Shown here in pieces: positions 1 to 7,300 of a DNA stretch of 23,185 bases (within the stretch, counting starts at the first letter, position 1; the number at the start of each line of letters is the position of its first letter). The notes below the pieces were generated by a model that did not search any database, had not been told where the DNA came from, and saw only the letters and a program-made list of their open reading frames with translations. The position numbers were made by a program, and so were the translations under genes. The DNA is from Candidatus Micrarchaeia archaeon (GTDB taxonomy: Archaea > Micrarchaeota > Micrarchaeia > Anstonellales > Bilamarchaeaceae), in NCBI GenBank assembly GCA_046538155.1, contig JBKHJL010000014.1, forward strand, positions 1-23,185, written 5' to 3'.

Positions 1-2
1 GG

Positions 3-1244
3 GGGGAAGTGATTGTTGTAGCAGCCACGAACAGGCCGGATTCCGTGGATGAGGCACTCAGGAGGCCGGGCAGGTTTGACCGGGAAATAGAATTTGGTGT
101 GCCCGACCGGGAAGAAAGGAAAGAAATCATGAGGATACACACAAGGAACATGCCCATCGGAAAAGACGACAAATCCAGGGAAAGGCTTGTGAAAGAGGTT
201 GCCGGGCTTACCCATGGATATACCGGGGCAGACATCTCATCCCTGACAAAGGAGGCGGCAATAAGGGCCCTGCGGAGACTTATACACGAAATGAACAAGA
301 GAAAAATAGACCTGGATGAAGATGAAATACCTGATGATGTGCTGGACAACATTTCAGTTACCAGGGAAGACTTCTTTGATGCGATGAAAGGAATTACCCC
401 TTCTGCGCTGAGAGAAGTATTCGTAGAAAAGCCAAACATCCGCTGGGAGCAGGTGGGGGGCCTGGAAAACGTGAAAAAAGAGCTGAGGGAGCTTGTAGAG
501 CTTCCCCTGAAATCTCCGGACATTTTTGCAAAAATGGGAATACGCCCAATAAGAGGGGTGCTGATGTATGGGGCGCCGGGAACAGGAAAAACCCTTCTGG
601 CAAAAGCAATAGCTACGGAAACAGAAGCAAACTTCATTGCAATAAACGGGCCGGAGATATTCTCCAAATGGGTTGGGGAAAGTGAAAAAATAACAAGAGA
701 ATTTTTCAGGAAAGCGAGACAGGCGGCACCCTGCATCCTGTTCATAGACGAGATAGACGCAATCGCTCCGGCAAGGGGGCACGGAGAAGGGGGAGGTGCC
801 GTAGTAAGCGAAAGAGTTGTAGACACCATCCTCAGCGAGATGGACGGGCTAAAGGCTATGAAAAAAGTCGTGGTGATTGCCGCAACAAATCGGCCGGACA
901 TGCTGGACAAGGCGCTGCTCAGGGCAGGAAGGTTTGACCGTGTGGTGGAAATAGGCCTGCCCGATGAAAAAGCAAGGGAAGAGATATTCAAAGTGCATAC
1001 GAGCAAGATGCCCCTGAAGAATGTCAGCCTGAAAAACCTGGCCACATCAACCAAGCAATACTCCGGTGCAGATATAGAGAATATCTGCAGGGAAGCGGGG
1101 ATGATGGCCATCAGGCGAAACAAAAAAGAAGTTGGTCCGGAGGAATTCAAGGCAGCACTTGAAAAAATAAAAACAAGAGTCGGGGAGCGCGATGTTAAAA
1201 GCGTGGAAAAATTCAAGGACCAGTTTGAGGAGATGTATAGATAA
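3..1244 (+). CDS. cdc48: CDC48/VCP (VAT) family AAA+ ATPase, 5'-truncated by window edge
   Basis: End of D1 (AATNRPD..RRPGRFDREI), full D2 with Walker A GAPGTGKT, Walker B ILFIDEID and SRH RAGRFDR. C-terminal HbYX tail (MYR). Confidence 0.96.
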   Translation, partial: GEVIVVAATNRPDSVDEALRRPGRFDREIEFGVPDREERKEIMRIHTRNMPIGKDDKSRERLVKEVAGLTHGYTGADISSLTKEAAIRALRRLIHEMNKRKIDLDEDEIPDDVLDNISVTREDFFDAMKGITPSALREVFVEKPNIRWEQVGGLENVKKELRELVELPLKSPDIFAKMGIRPIRGVLMYGAPGTGKTLLAKAIATETEANFIAINGPEIFSKWVGESEKITREFFRKARQAAPCILFIDEIDAIAPARGHGEGGGAVVSERVVDTILSEMDGLKAMKKVVVIAATNRPDMLDKALLRAGRFDRVVEIGLPDEKAREEIFKVHTSKMPLKNVSLKNLATSTKQYSGADIENICREAGMMAIRRNKKEVGPEEFKAALEKIKTRVGERDVKSVEKFKDQFEEMYR

Positions 1245-1630
1245 TGCTGGCAGTTGAAGGGCTCAAGATGATTGTCGGGCTTTGCGCCCTCTCCCTCCTT
1301 GTATTTGCCCTGGTTCCTGGTATGGGTGACCTGCTGGTTCTTGCAAAAATGCTTGCAGCATCCTTTGGAGCATCCCTGCTTTTTGTGCTGCTGTATCCCT
1401 ATTTGAGAGGAGTAAGAAAAGGGGACAGGGTGCAGGTTGTCAGAGGGGCAATCTCCCAATTCTTCGGATTTACAGGGATTGCAATGGAAAACTGCAGGAA
1501 GGGTAAAGAGGTAAAGGTAAAGCTTTCCCGGGGCAGGGAAGCAGTAGGAGTGGTTGAGAGATATGAAGGGTTGTTTACTCTTCCCCAGGTAAAGCTGCTC
1601 TACGAAAACAAGGGAGAAGTGATGCGATGA
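1244..1630 (+). CDS. Small membrane protein: two N-terminal TM segments plus a soluble beta-rich domain
   Basis: TAATG overlap with the cdc48 stop and ATGA overlap with the next gene. Two hydrophobic stretches followed by GVRKGDRVQVV..GIAMENCRKGKEVKVKL. Confidence 0.8.
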   Translation: MLAVEGLKMIVGLCALSLLVFALVPGMGDLLVLAKMLAASFGASLLFVLLYPYLRGVRKGDRVQVVRGAISQFFGFTGIAMENCRKGKEVKVKLSRGREAVGVVERYEGLFTLPQVKLLYENKGEVMR

Positions 1631-2241
1631 TAAGCATAAGCAACCAGGAAGCGAAGGAAATCCTCATCTCAGTTGTTGCAATCTCCCTTGCCCTTGCCAT
1701 AAACCAGGTGGGAATCCTGGAAGTGCCGGATAACCTTCCGGAATTCATGAAACTCTCCGGGTTTTTCCTTGTTGCACTGGGGAGCGGATTCATACTGCAT
1801 GAGCTTGCCCACAAATTCACTGCAATAAAATTCGGGTATTATGCACAATTCAGGATGTGGCTGCAGGGGCTTGGGTTCATGTTCCTGCTCGCAATAATAC
1901 CTACCAAACTGATGTTCATTGCACCGGGTGCGGTATACATAGGAAGCCCCGGTAAAAGAATAAGCAAAAGGGAAAACGGAATAATCTCCCTTGCCGGCCC
2001 TGCCACGAATATGCTTATCGCAACAATTGCGATTGTCGCTTACCTTGTTTTCGGCCCGGCAATGATGGATACAATGGGCGGGGTTGAGATGTGGTCATCA
2101 ATAGCCTGGATAAACACTTTCCTTGCACTCTTCAATATGATCCCGGTATTCCCGCTGGACGGAAGCAAAGTGCTTGCCTGGAACTCACTCGTGTACATGG
2201 GATTCGGGGCGATTGTGCTGCTCTTCTTCTTTATGGTGTGA
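1627..2241 (+). CDS. Site-2 protease (peptidase M50) family intramembrane metalloprotease
   Basis: HELAH zinc motif, SLAGPATN, NMIPVFPLDG motif, multiple TM helices. Confidence 0.95.
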   Translation: MISISNQEAKEILISVVAISLALAINQVGILEVPDNLPEFMKLSGFFLVALGSGFILHELAHKFTAIKFGYYAQFRMWLQGLGFMFLLAIIPTKLMFIAPGAVYIGSPGKRISKRENGIISLAGPATNMLIATIAIVAYLVFGPAMMDTMGGVEMWSSIAWINTFLALFNMIPVFPLDGSKVLAWNSLVYMGFGAIVLLFFFMV

Positions 2242-2244
2242 AAA

Positions 2245-2787
2245 ATGAAGGGTGCAGAAGCAGTTGTGCTGGAAACCGAATTCCTGGGAAGGAAAATGCT
2301 GAAGAAAGAAAGGAGGAAAAAGGGATACAGGATAGAAGAACTGAATGAAAGGATAAGGGAGGGGAGGACCAGGAGGGAAGCCAGGTTGCTGCACAAGGCA
2401 AAAAAAGCAGGGGTTTCCTGCCCAGTAGTTTACGAAGTGGGCAGAGACTATATTGTGATGACCAGGGTGGAGGGAAGGAAGCTTGGGGAAAACAAAAAAG
2501 AAATGGAAAAAGCAGGAAGGGTGCTGGCAAAACTGCACTCTGCAGGAATCCTCCATGGGGATTTTACCCCCTATAACCTGCTTGTGGAAAAAGAGAAACT
2601 CCATGTAATAGATTTTGGGCTGGGCTCATTTTCCAGAAAAACAGAGGGAAGGGCAGATGACGTGATTACCATGCTCAGGGCAATAAAAACAGAGGAAGCA
2701 TTTCTTGCAGGGTACAGGGAAATGCCTGAAGCGGAAAAGGTAATCGGAAAAGTTGGGGAAATTGAAAAAAGGGCAAGATACAGGTAA
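2245..2787 (+). CDS. bud32: KEOPS complex kinase/ATPase Bud32
   Basis: KGAEA start, K-x-R-x-x-K-x-YR..L...IR..RT..EA, HGDFTPYN catalytic loop, IDFGL, C-terminal IEKRARY. Confidence 0.93.
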   Translation: MKGAEAVVLETEFLGRKMLKKERRKKGYRIEELNERIREGRTRREARLLHKAKKAGVSCPVVYEVGRDYIVMTRVEGRKLGENKKEMEKAGRVLAKLHSAGILHGDFTPYNLLVEKEKLHVIDFGLGSFSRKTEGRADDVITMLRAIKTEEAFLAGYREMPEAEKVIGKVGEIEKRARYR

Positions 2788-2791
2788 TTTT

Positions 2792-2806
2792 AGTAAACTT
2801 TTTAAA
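2792..2806 (+). promoter_or_regulatory. BRE/TATA promoter for the SRP RNA
   Basis: AGTAAAC followed by TTTTTAAA, ending ~22 nt upstream of the predicted RNA 5' end. Confidence 0.6.
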
Positions 2807-2827
2807 CTACATGAACACTAATACTAT

Positions 2828-3088
2828 TGGTGGGCTAGATGGGAGTTAGGGGTCCCCATTCCGCAAATCCCCTTTAGGCGGGTCGAAAACCTGAAGAGTG
2901 GTTCGTTCTTCGTGCGTCCTTTGTCCTAGGCGCTGAAGTCTTCCCTTCCAGGATGGTAGCTCCGCACGAACCTGGCCAGACCGGAAGGAGCAGCCATAAG
3001 TGCTTTGCACCATGCTTGGAAGACCGGAGGTGGAGCTGATGGCTTTGGCTCCGTGCGGGGAGTGGACTGCAAATCAGGGTGCCCACCA
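2828..3088 (+). ncRNA. ffs: Signal recognition particle RNA (7S/large type with Alu domain; helix 6 apparently absent)
   Basis: Terminal helix TGGTGGGC (2828-2835)/GCCCACCA (3081-3088). Alu hairpins with complementary loops AGGGG (2848-2852)/CCCCT (2869-2873). Helix 8 TGGC-CAGA-CC-GGAA-GG-AGCA-GCCA (2973-2996). Confidence 0.92.
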
Positions 3089-3089
3089 T

Positions 3090-4058
3090 CTATTCATCAG
3101 CAGCATGCGCAGGGAGGGTAAATATTATGTCCGTACCATCGCCTTTCCTGGAAGAGATATCAAACCTGCCGCAGTGCTGCTCAATTAGAAAGCGGCAATG
3201 TGCCAGTCCTATGCCATGGTCCTGGCCAATGGATTCCTTGGAGGTAAACCCCCTCCCGTTTCTTAGCAGGATAAGCTCTTCTGTAGTGAAACCTATGCCC
3301 TTATCCCGGATTGTAATCTCTGCCATTTGTGGAGGGTCGTCTACAATAAATGCAAAAACCTCAACAAAAGGGAAAACACCCTTGCGCTCACACGCCCTTA
3401 CTGCATTGGAAAAAAAGTTTTCAAGTATCATGGCAGTGTCAAACCGGTCTGCAAAAAGGAAAACCGGCTGGTCATCAGGGCACCGATATACATGATGGCG
3501 CGTGCCTTTCTCATCCTGGGGCATCAAATCCCCAACCAGCCTGAAAAGGGAAAACTTTTCAGGGAACTGGCGGTAGGGGTCTCCATTCAGTATACCCATC
3601 AGCTTGTCCAGCTGCACCCTGGATTTATTTATCAGCCTTGAGAACATCTGGCGTTCTTCAGAGGAATCAAAAGCGCTGGTTTCAGAATCAAGAACGAATT
3701 TTCTCTGGAGATTCAGGAAAAACTCCTGCATATCCGCCACTGCCCTCATCTGGAGATGTACCTCTTTCCTGGAACTGATTCCTGCTCTCAGGCTTTTATA
3801 ATCGGCGAGTATTCCGGAAATGGTTTTGCTTTTTTCTTTTTCAGGCAGGAAGGGCAGGGTAAGCAGACCGACCAGGGAAGAAAAGGAATTGTTGAGTGTA
3901 TGCCTCGTGAAACTGAGTAGTGGCTCGCGCATTGTCCTGGGCAGGCAGAGGTCCTCCCTCGGGGTTCTATGCCTGAGGTCCCTGCTCCCCATCCTGAACC
4001 GATTTGGAAGCACAACTCCGCTTATCCTCCGCATGTGGATTTTGGGGCGCGAAAACAA
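3090..4058 (-). CDS. Soluble histidine kinase (HisKA-like plus HATPase_c); start uncertain (TTG 4058 or ATG 4034)
   Basis: H-box-like RHTLNNSFSSLVG, N-box LENFFSNAVRA, G1 IRDKGIGF, F-box FTSK, G2 HGIGLAHCR, GDGTDIIFTLP. Confidence 0.85.
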   Translation of the reverse strand: MFSRPKIHMRRISGVVLPNRFRMGSRDLRHRTPREDLCLPRTMREPLLSFTRHTLNNSFSSLVGLLTLPFLPEKEKSKTISGILADYKSLRAGISSRKEVHLQMRAVADMQEFFLNLQRKFVLDSETSAFDSSEERQMFSRLINKSRVQLDKLMGILNGDPYRQFPEKFSLFRLVGDLMPQDEKGTRHHVYRCPDDQPVFLFADRFDTAMILENFFSNAVRACERKGVFPFVEVFAFIVDDPPQMAEITIRDKGIGFTTEELILLRNGRGFTSKESIGQDHGIGLAHCRFLIEQHCGRFDISSRKGDGTDIIFTLPAHAADE

Positions 4059-4084
4059 TAAAAACTTGACAACTGGCTGTGAGG

Positions 4085-4384
4085 CTACTGGGCTGCAAGA
4101 GCCTCAGCTATGGCTGCCTGATTGAAGCCAACAATTATCCTTCCGTTTATATCTAACTGGGGCACTCCCATGCGGCCGCTCTTCCCTAGCATTTCCTGTG
4201 CTTTTTCCGGGGAAAGGGAAACATCCACCTCTTCAAACTTCACATCTCTGGAATTGAGATATTGTTTTACCATGTTGCAGTAGGGGCAGGAAGGAGAAGT
4301 ATAGACGACTACTTTCTTTTGTTTTGCATCAAGCAATTCTTTCATTTTTTTCCTGCGGATTTTTTCAAGCTCCTGGTCATCCAT
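4085..4384 (-). CDS. Glutaredoxin-like protein (NrdH/YruB type) with N-terminal charged helix
   Basis: CPYC active site, GVPQLDING..IVGF. GGTGA RBS supports ATG 4384 rather than 4396. Confidence 0.92.
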   Translation of the reverse strand: MDDQELEKIRRKKMKELLDAKQKKVVVYTSPSCPYCNMVKQYLNSRDVKFEEVDVSLSPEKAQEMLGKSGRMGVPQLDINGRIIVGFNQAAIAEALAAQ

Positions 4385-4389
4385 TATAT

Positions 4390-4731
4390 TCACCAAACTT
4401 TTAGGGCCTCATCCACCTGCTCCCACCAGCTCCGCACAATTTCCCTGACCTTTGAACGTATCTTCTCCCTGTTTTCTATTTCATAAAGATATTCATAGCC
4501 CCCCCTGTCCCGGTTGCGCTGGAACCGCGAAAGAAGCCCTTTCTGCACAAGCTTAAACGATGCCTTTTGCACAGTGGTGCGGTCCAGCCCGGTTTTGCTG
4601 GAAAGCTCTGCAAGAGTAATCTTTTTCTTAAGCATCCGATATTTGCAGAAAACCCTGTACTCTGCTTTTGTAAGGCCAAGGGAGCATTTTGCAACCTCAT
4701 TCAAATCAATATCATTGCATGCAAACTGCAT
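4390..4731 (-). CDS. Winged-HTH transcriptional regulator (TrmB-like/COG3355 type)
   Basis: CSLGLTKAEYRVF..TLAELSSKTGLDRTTVQKA..LVQKGLL..GGYEYLY. Start moved to MQFAC (4731), leaving room for an upstream TATA. Confidence 0.85.
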   Translation of the reverse strand: MQFACNDIDLNEVAKCSLGLTKAEYRVFCKYRMLKKKITLAELSSKTGLDRTTVQKASFKLVQKGLLSRFQRNRDRGGYEYLYEIENREKIRSKVREIVRSWWEQVDEALKVW

Positions 4732-4852
4732 ATTAATCAACTCTTCTGGTTTATAGAACACATGTGATTTAAAAACAAACGGACTAGTGAAAACGGATTC
4801 CATAAACTGGAACTACCGCAAAAATTTAAGGGATTGGGAGCTAGAAAAAAGT

Positions 4853-5326
4853 ATGGAAAAAATATACAGAGTTTTATACCCAATGAGAATTGTTCTGATT
4901 ACAAGCAGGAGGGGAGGCGAAGATAATATAATGACTGCAGCATGGTGCTTCCCACTTTCCAGGGACCCTCCGCTTTTCGGGGTTTCGCTTACAGATTCGC
5001 GGCATTCTTATTCAATGATTAAGGAGGGGGAGTGCTTCGGGATTAATATGGTTGCGCCTGATATGAAAGAGGCTGCGCTTCTCTGTGGAAGCAGGAGCGG
5101 GAGGGACACAGACAAATTTGCAGAGAGTGGCCTTACAAAAGAAAAGGGGGAGAAGATTGATTGTGCTCTGGTTGGGGAGTCCCCTGTGAGCATTGAATGC
5201 AGGCTCGCCGATGTGATTAAGACCGGGGACCATTACCTGTTTGTGGGGGAAGCTGTTAACGTAAAAAAGAGGCGCGAGGCAAAGGGGCTGTACCAAAAGG
5301 AGGGAAGGGACTGGATAGAAGTATAA
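4853..5326 (+). CDS. Flavin reductase-like (flavoredoxin/DIM6/NTAB family) protein
   Basis: NIMTAAW..PLSRDPPL, CGSRSGRDTDKF, IECRL..GDHYLFVGE. Start at ATG 4853 preferred. Confidence 0.9.
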   Translation: MEKIYRVLYPMRIVLITSRRGGEDNIMTAAWCFPLSRDPPLFGVSLTDSRHSYSMIKEGECFGINMVAPDMKEAALLCGSRSGRDTDKFAESGLTKEKGEKIDCALVGESPVSIECRLADVIKTGDHYLFVGEAVNVKKRREAKGLYQKEGRDWIEV

Positions 5327-5332
5327 TCCTGG

Positions 5333-6157
5333 TTACGTTTTTCCCTGGGCAGCCTTCAGCACATTCTTCATCAGGCAGGCAACCGTGAGGGGCCCTACGC
5401 CTCCAGGAACCGGAGTAACCCTTGCCTTCTCTTTCAGCGGCTCAAAATCAACATCCCCCACAAGCTTACCCTCAGTGCGGTTTATCCCTACATCTATTAC
5501 AGTAGCGCCTTCACGAACCATATCCTCCTTTATCAATCTGGGCTTGCCCACTGCAACTACAAGGATATCCGCCCTGTGGGTATGGGAACTCAGCTCTCTT
5601 GTCCTGCTATGGCAGATTTCAACAGTTGCATTAGCATTCAACAGGAGGGCGGAAACAGGCTTGCCCACCATGCTGCTTCTTCCCACCACCACTGCATTCC
5701 TGCCTTCAATTTCCGTTTCATAATAAGAAAGGAGCTCCATTATCCCCTGTGGGGTAGCGGGAACAAAGCGGGGAAAACCAGAAAAAAGCAGGCCCAGGTT
5801 TTCCGGGTGGAGGCCATCTACATCCTTTTCAGGGGAAATCCTCTGGAGCACAGCATCTGCCCGCATGTGGGCAGGGAGGGGGAGCTGCACAATCATCCCG
5901 TGCATCTCCCTGTCCCGGTTAAGCTCATCAACCAGGCTTAGGAGCTCCTTTTCCCGGGAATCAGCAGGAAGGTGGAATTCCTTGCCTTTTATGCCCACTT
6001 CTGCCGCGCGCTTTAGCTTTTTGCCCACATAAATCTCAGATGCAGGATCATCGCCCACCCTCACTATGGCTAAGCCCGGCTGGAAATCAAGCTCTTCTAC
6101 TCCCTCTTTCACTTTATCAAGTATGCTGGACGCTACTGATTTTCCTTTGAGTATCAT
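5333..6157 (-). CDS. folD: Bifunctional methylene-THF dehydrogenase/cyclohydrolase
   Basis: YVGKK, GMIVQLPLP, KDVDGLHP, VGRSSMVGKP, DVGINR, TPVPGGVGPLTVA. Confidence 0.97.
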   Translation of the reverse strand: MILKGKSVASSILDKVKEGVEELDFQPGLAIVRVGDDPASEIYVGKKLKRAAEVGIKGKEFHLPADSREKELLSLVDELNRDREMHGMIVQLPLPAHMRADAVLQRISPEKDVDGLHPENLGLLFSGFPRFVPATPQGIMELLSYYETEIEGRNAVVVGRSSMVGKPVSALLLNANATVEICHSRTRELSSHTHRADILVVAVGKPRLIKEDMVREGATVIDVGINRTEGKLVGDVDFEPLKEKARVTPVPGGVGPLTVACLMKNVLKAAQGKT

Positions 6158-6253
6158 GGGGAAATTAGCAATTAGGGGCTTAAAAAAGGTTTTTGGAAAA
6201 GATGTGGGCTAATGTGTAATATTTAAAAACAATATTAACCATATACTGTAAAT

Positions 6254-7300
6254 ATGAATGGGTGTCCGGTAGAACAAGCACAAAACAGAATACTCCTTAT
6301 GATTGCAGAAAACGGAGATGGAGCTGTGCAAGGCCTTGCAAAAATGTATAACGAGGACAAGATTGGGGGGGGTGCAATGAAAGGACTGGTTTTCCAGAAT
6401 GTCGGCAAATTTGCAAGGGGAACCATGATTGAAGCAATAGGAAAGTCCGGCAGCCTGCTGGATGTGGAAAATGTGCTTATGCACCTGCTTGGGCATGAAA
6501 ACGCCTGGAAGCGGAAGGCATATTACAGGCACTCCGTAAAAACTTTAGGAGAGGAAAGAGTTTTCATACATCAGGTAGACAACGAGATGGAAATAAGGGA
6601 AAAAGCGCTGTTTGCAGTTGAAGAGATACTGGCAAGAAAAGGTGGGGGAGTAAGCAGGGAAAGTGGTGGGGCCCTGGTTAAATGCGCAATTGCCGACCCT
6701 TCAGGGAAAGCCAGGGCAACTGCAACAAGAATTGTGGCCCGGTATGCAGACTCAGAAAGCTTCAGGCAACTATTTGCTTACATGGTAAATGCAGAGAAAG
6801 CAGGGGAATTTGAATTCCTGGAAAGAAGCGAAGATGCAGTGAAAATTATGGTGGCAGAAATGAAACTGGACAGGCCCAGGAGGAGTTTCCTCAAACCATT
6901 GGTAGGGCTCTCCAATGCAAGCGAAGGAATGTGGGACTTTGCTGTGGGAACAATAATGCACCTTTTTCAGAACTCGGATATGAAAAGGGAAATACAGGAT
7001 GTAGTATTAAGAGAAAAAATAAAGCTGGATTCTCCAAACAAAATTGAAAACCGCAATGCAAGCAATAGGCTGGGTTCCCTTATAAGAGCCATGGGAAAAG
7101 AGCTAAAATCCAATAGGGGGGGAAACATGACTGCGGAGGCAGAGATGAAAGGAGAAGTTATGCGGCCTCCGAAAAACATGCAGGGGATAGCCAGTGTCCT
7201 GGAAGAGCCTGTGGAAGTGCCGAGGGGACCGGTAGTTACTGCGATTAGGAAAGTGGGGAGAAGAATAAGGAAGATTCTTCCTAAAGGTCGCCATAGATAG
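6254..7300 (+). CDS. Hypothetical alpha-helical protein (possible degenerate HEAT/ARM repeats) with basic C-terminus
   Basis: 348-aa ORF with purine-rich coding-like composition and a TATA (TTTAAAAA, ~6222-6229) ~25 nt upstream. Segments IREKALFAVEEIL and DPSGKARATATRIV are HEAT-like. Confidence 0.7.
   Translation: MNGCPVEQAQNRILLMIAENGDGAVQGLAKMYNEDKIGGGAMKGLVFQNVGKFARGTMIEAIGKSGSLLDVENVLMHLLGHENAWKRKAYYRHSVKTLGEERVFIHQVDNEMEIREKALFAVEEILARKGGGVSRESGGALVKCAIADPSGKARATATRIVARYADSESFRQLFAYMVNAEKAGEFEFLERSEDAVKIMVAEMKLDRPRRSFLKPLVGLSNASEGMWDFAVGTIMHLFQNSDMKREIQDVVLREKIKLDSPNKIENRNASNRLGSLIRAMGKELKSNRGGNMTAEAEMKGEVMRPPKNMQGIASVLEEPVEVPRGPVVTAIRKVGRRIRKILPKGRHR

Noticed and set aside
2874..3188. 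Short ORFs 2874-3089(-) and 3000-3188(+)
   Set aside because: They overlap the SRP RNA, which explains the sequence.
4732..4852. Overlapping extended starts of the regulator (4803) and flavin reductase (4787)
   Set aside because: Better read as a divergent promoter region; the family-like sequence starts at 4731 and 4853.
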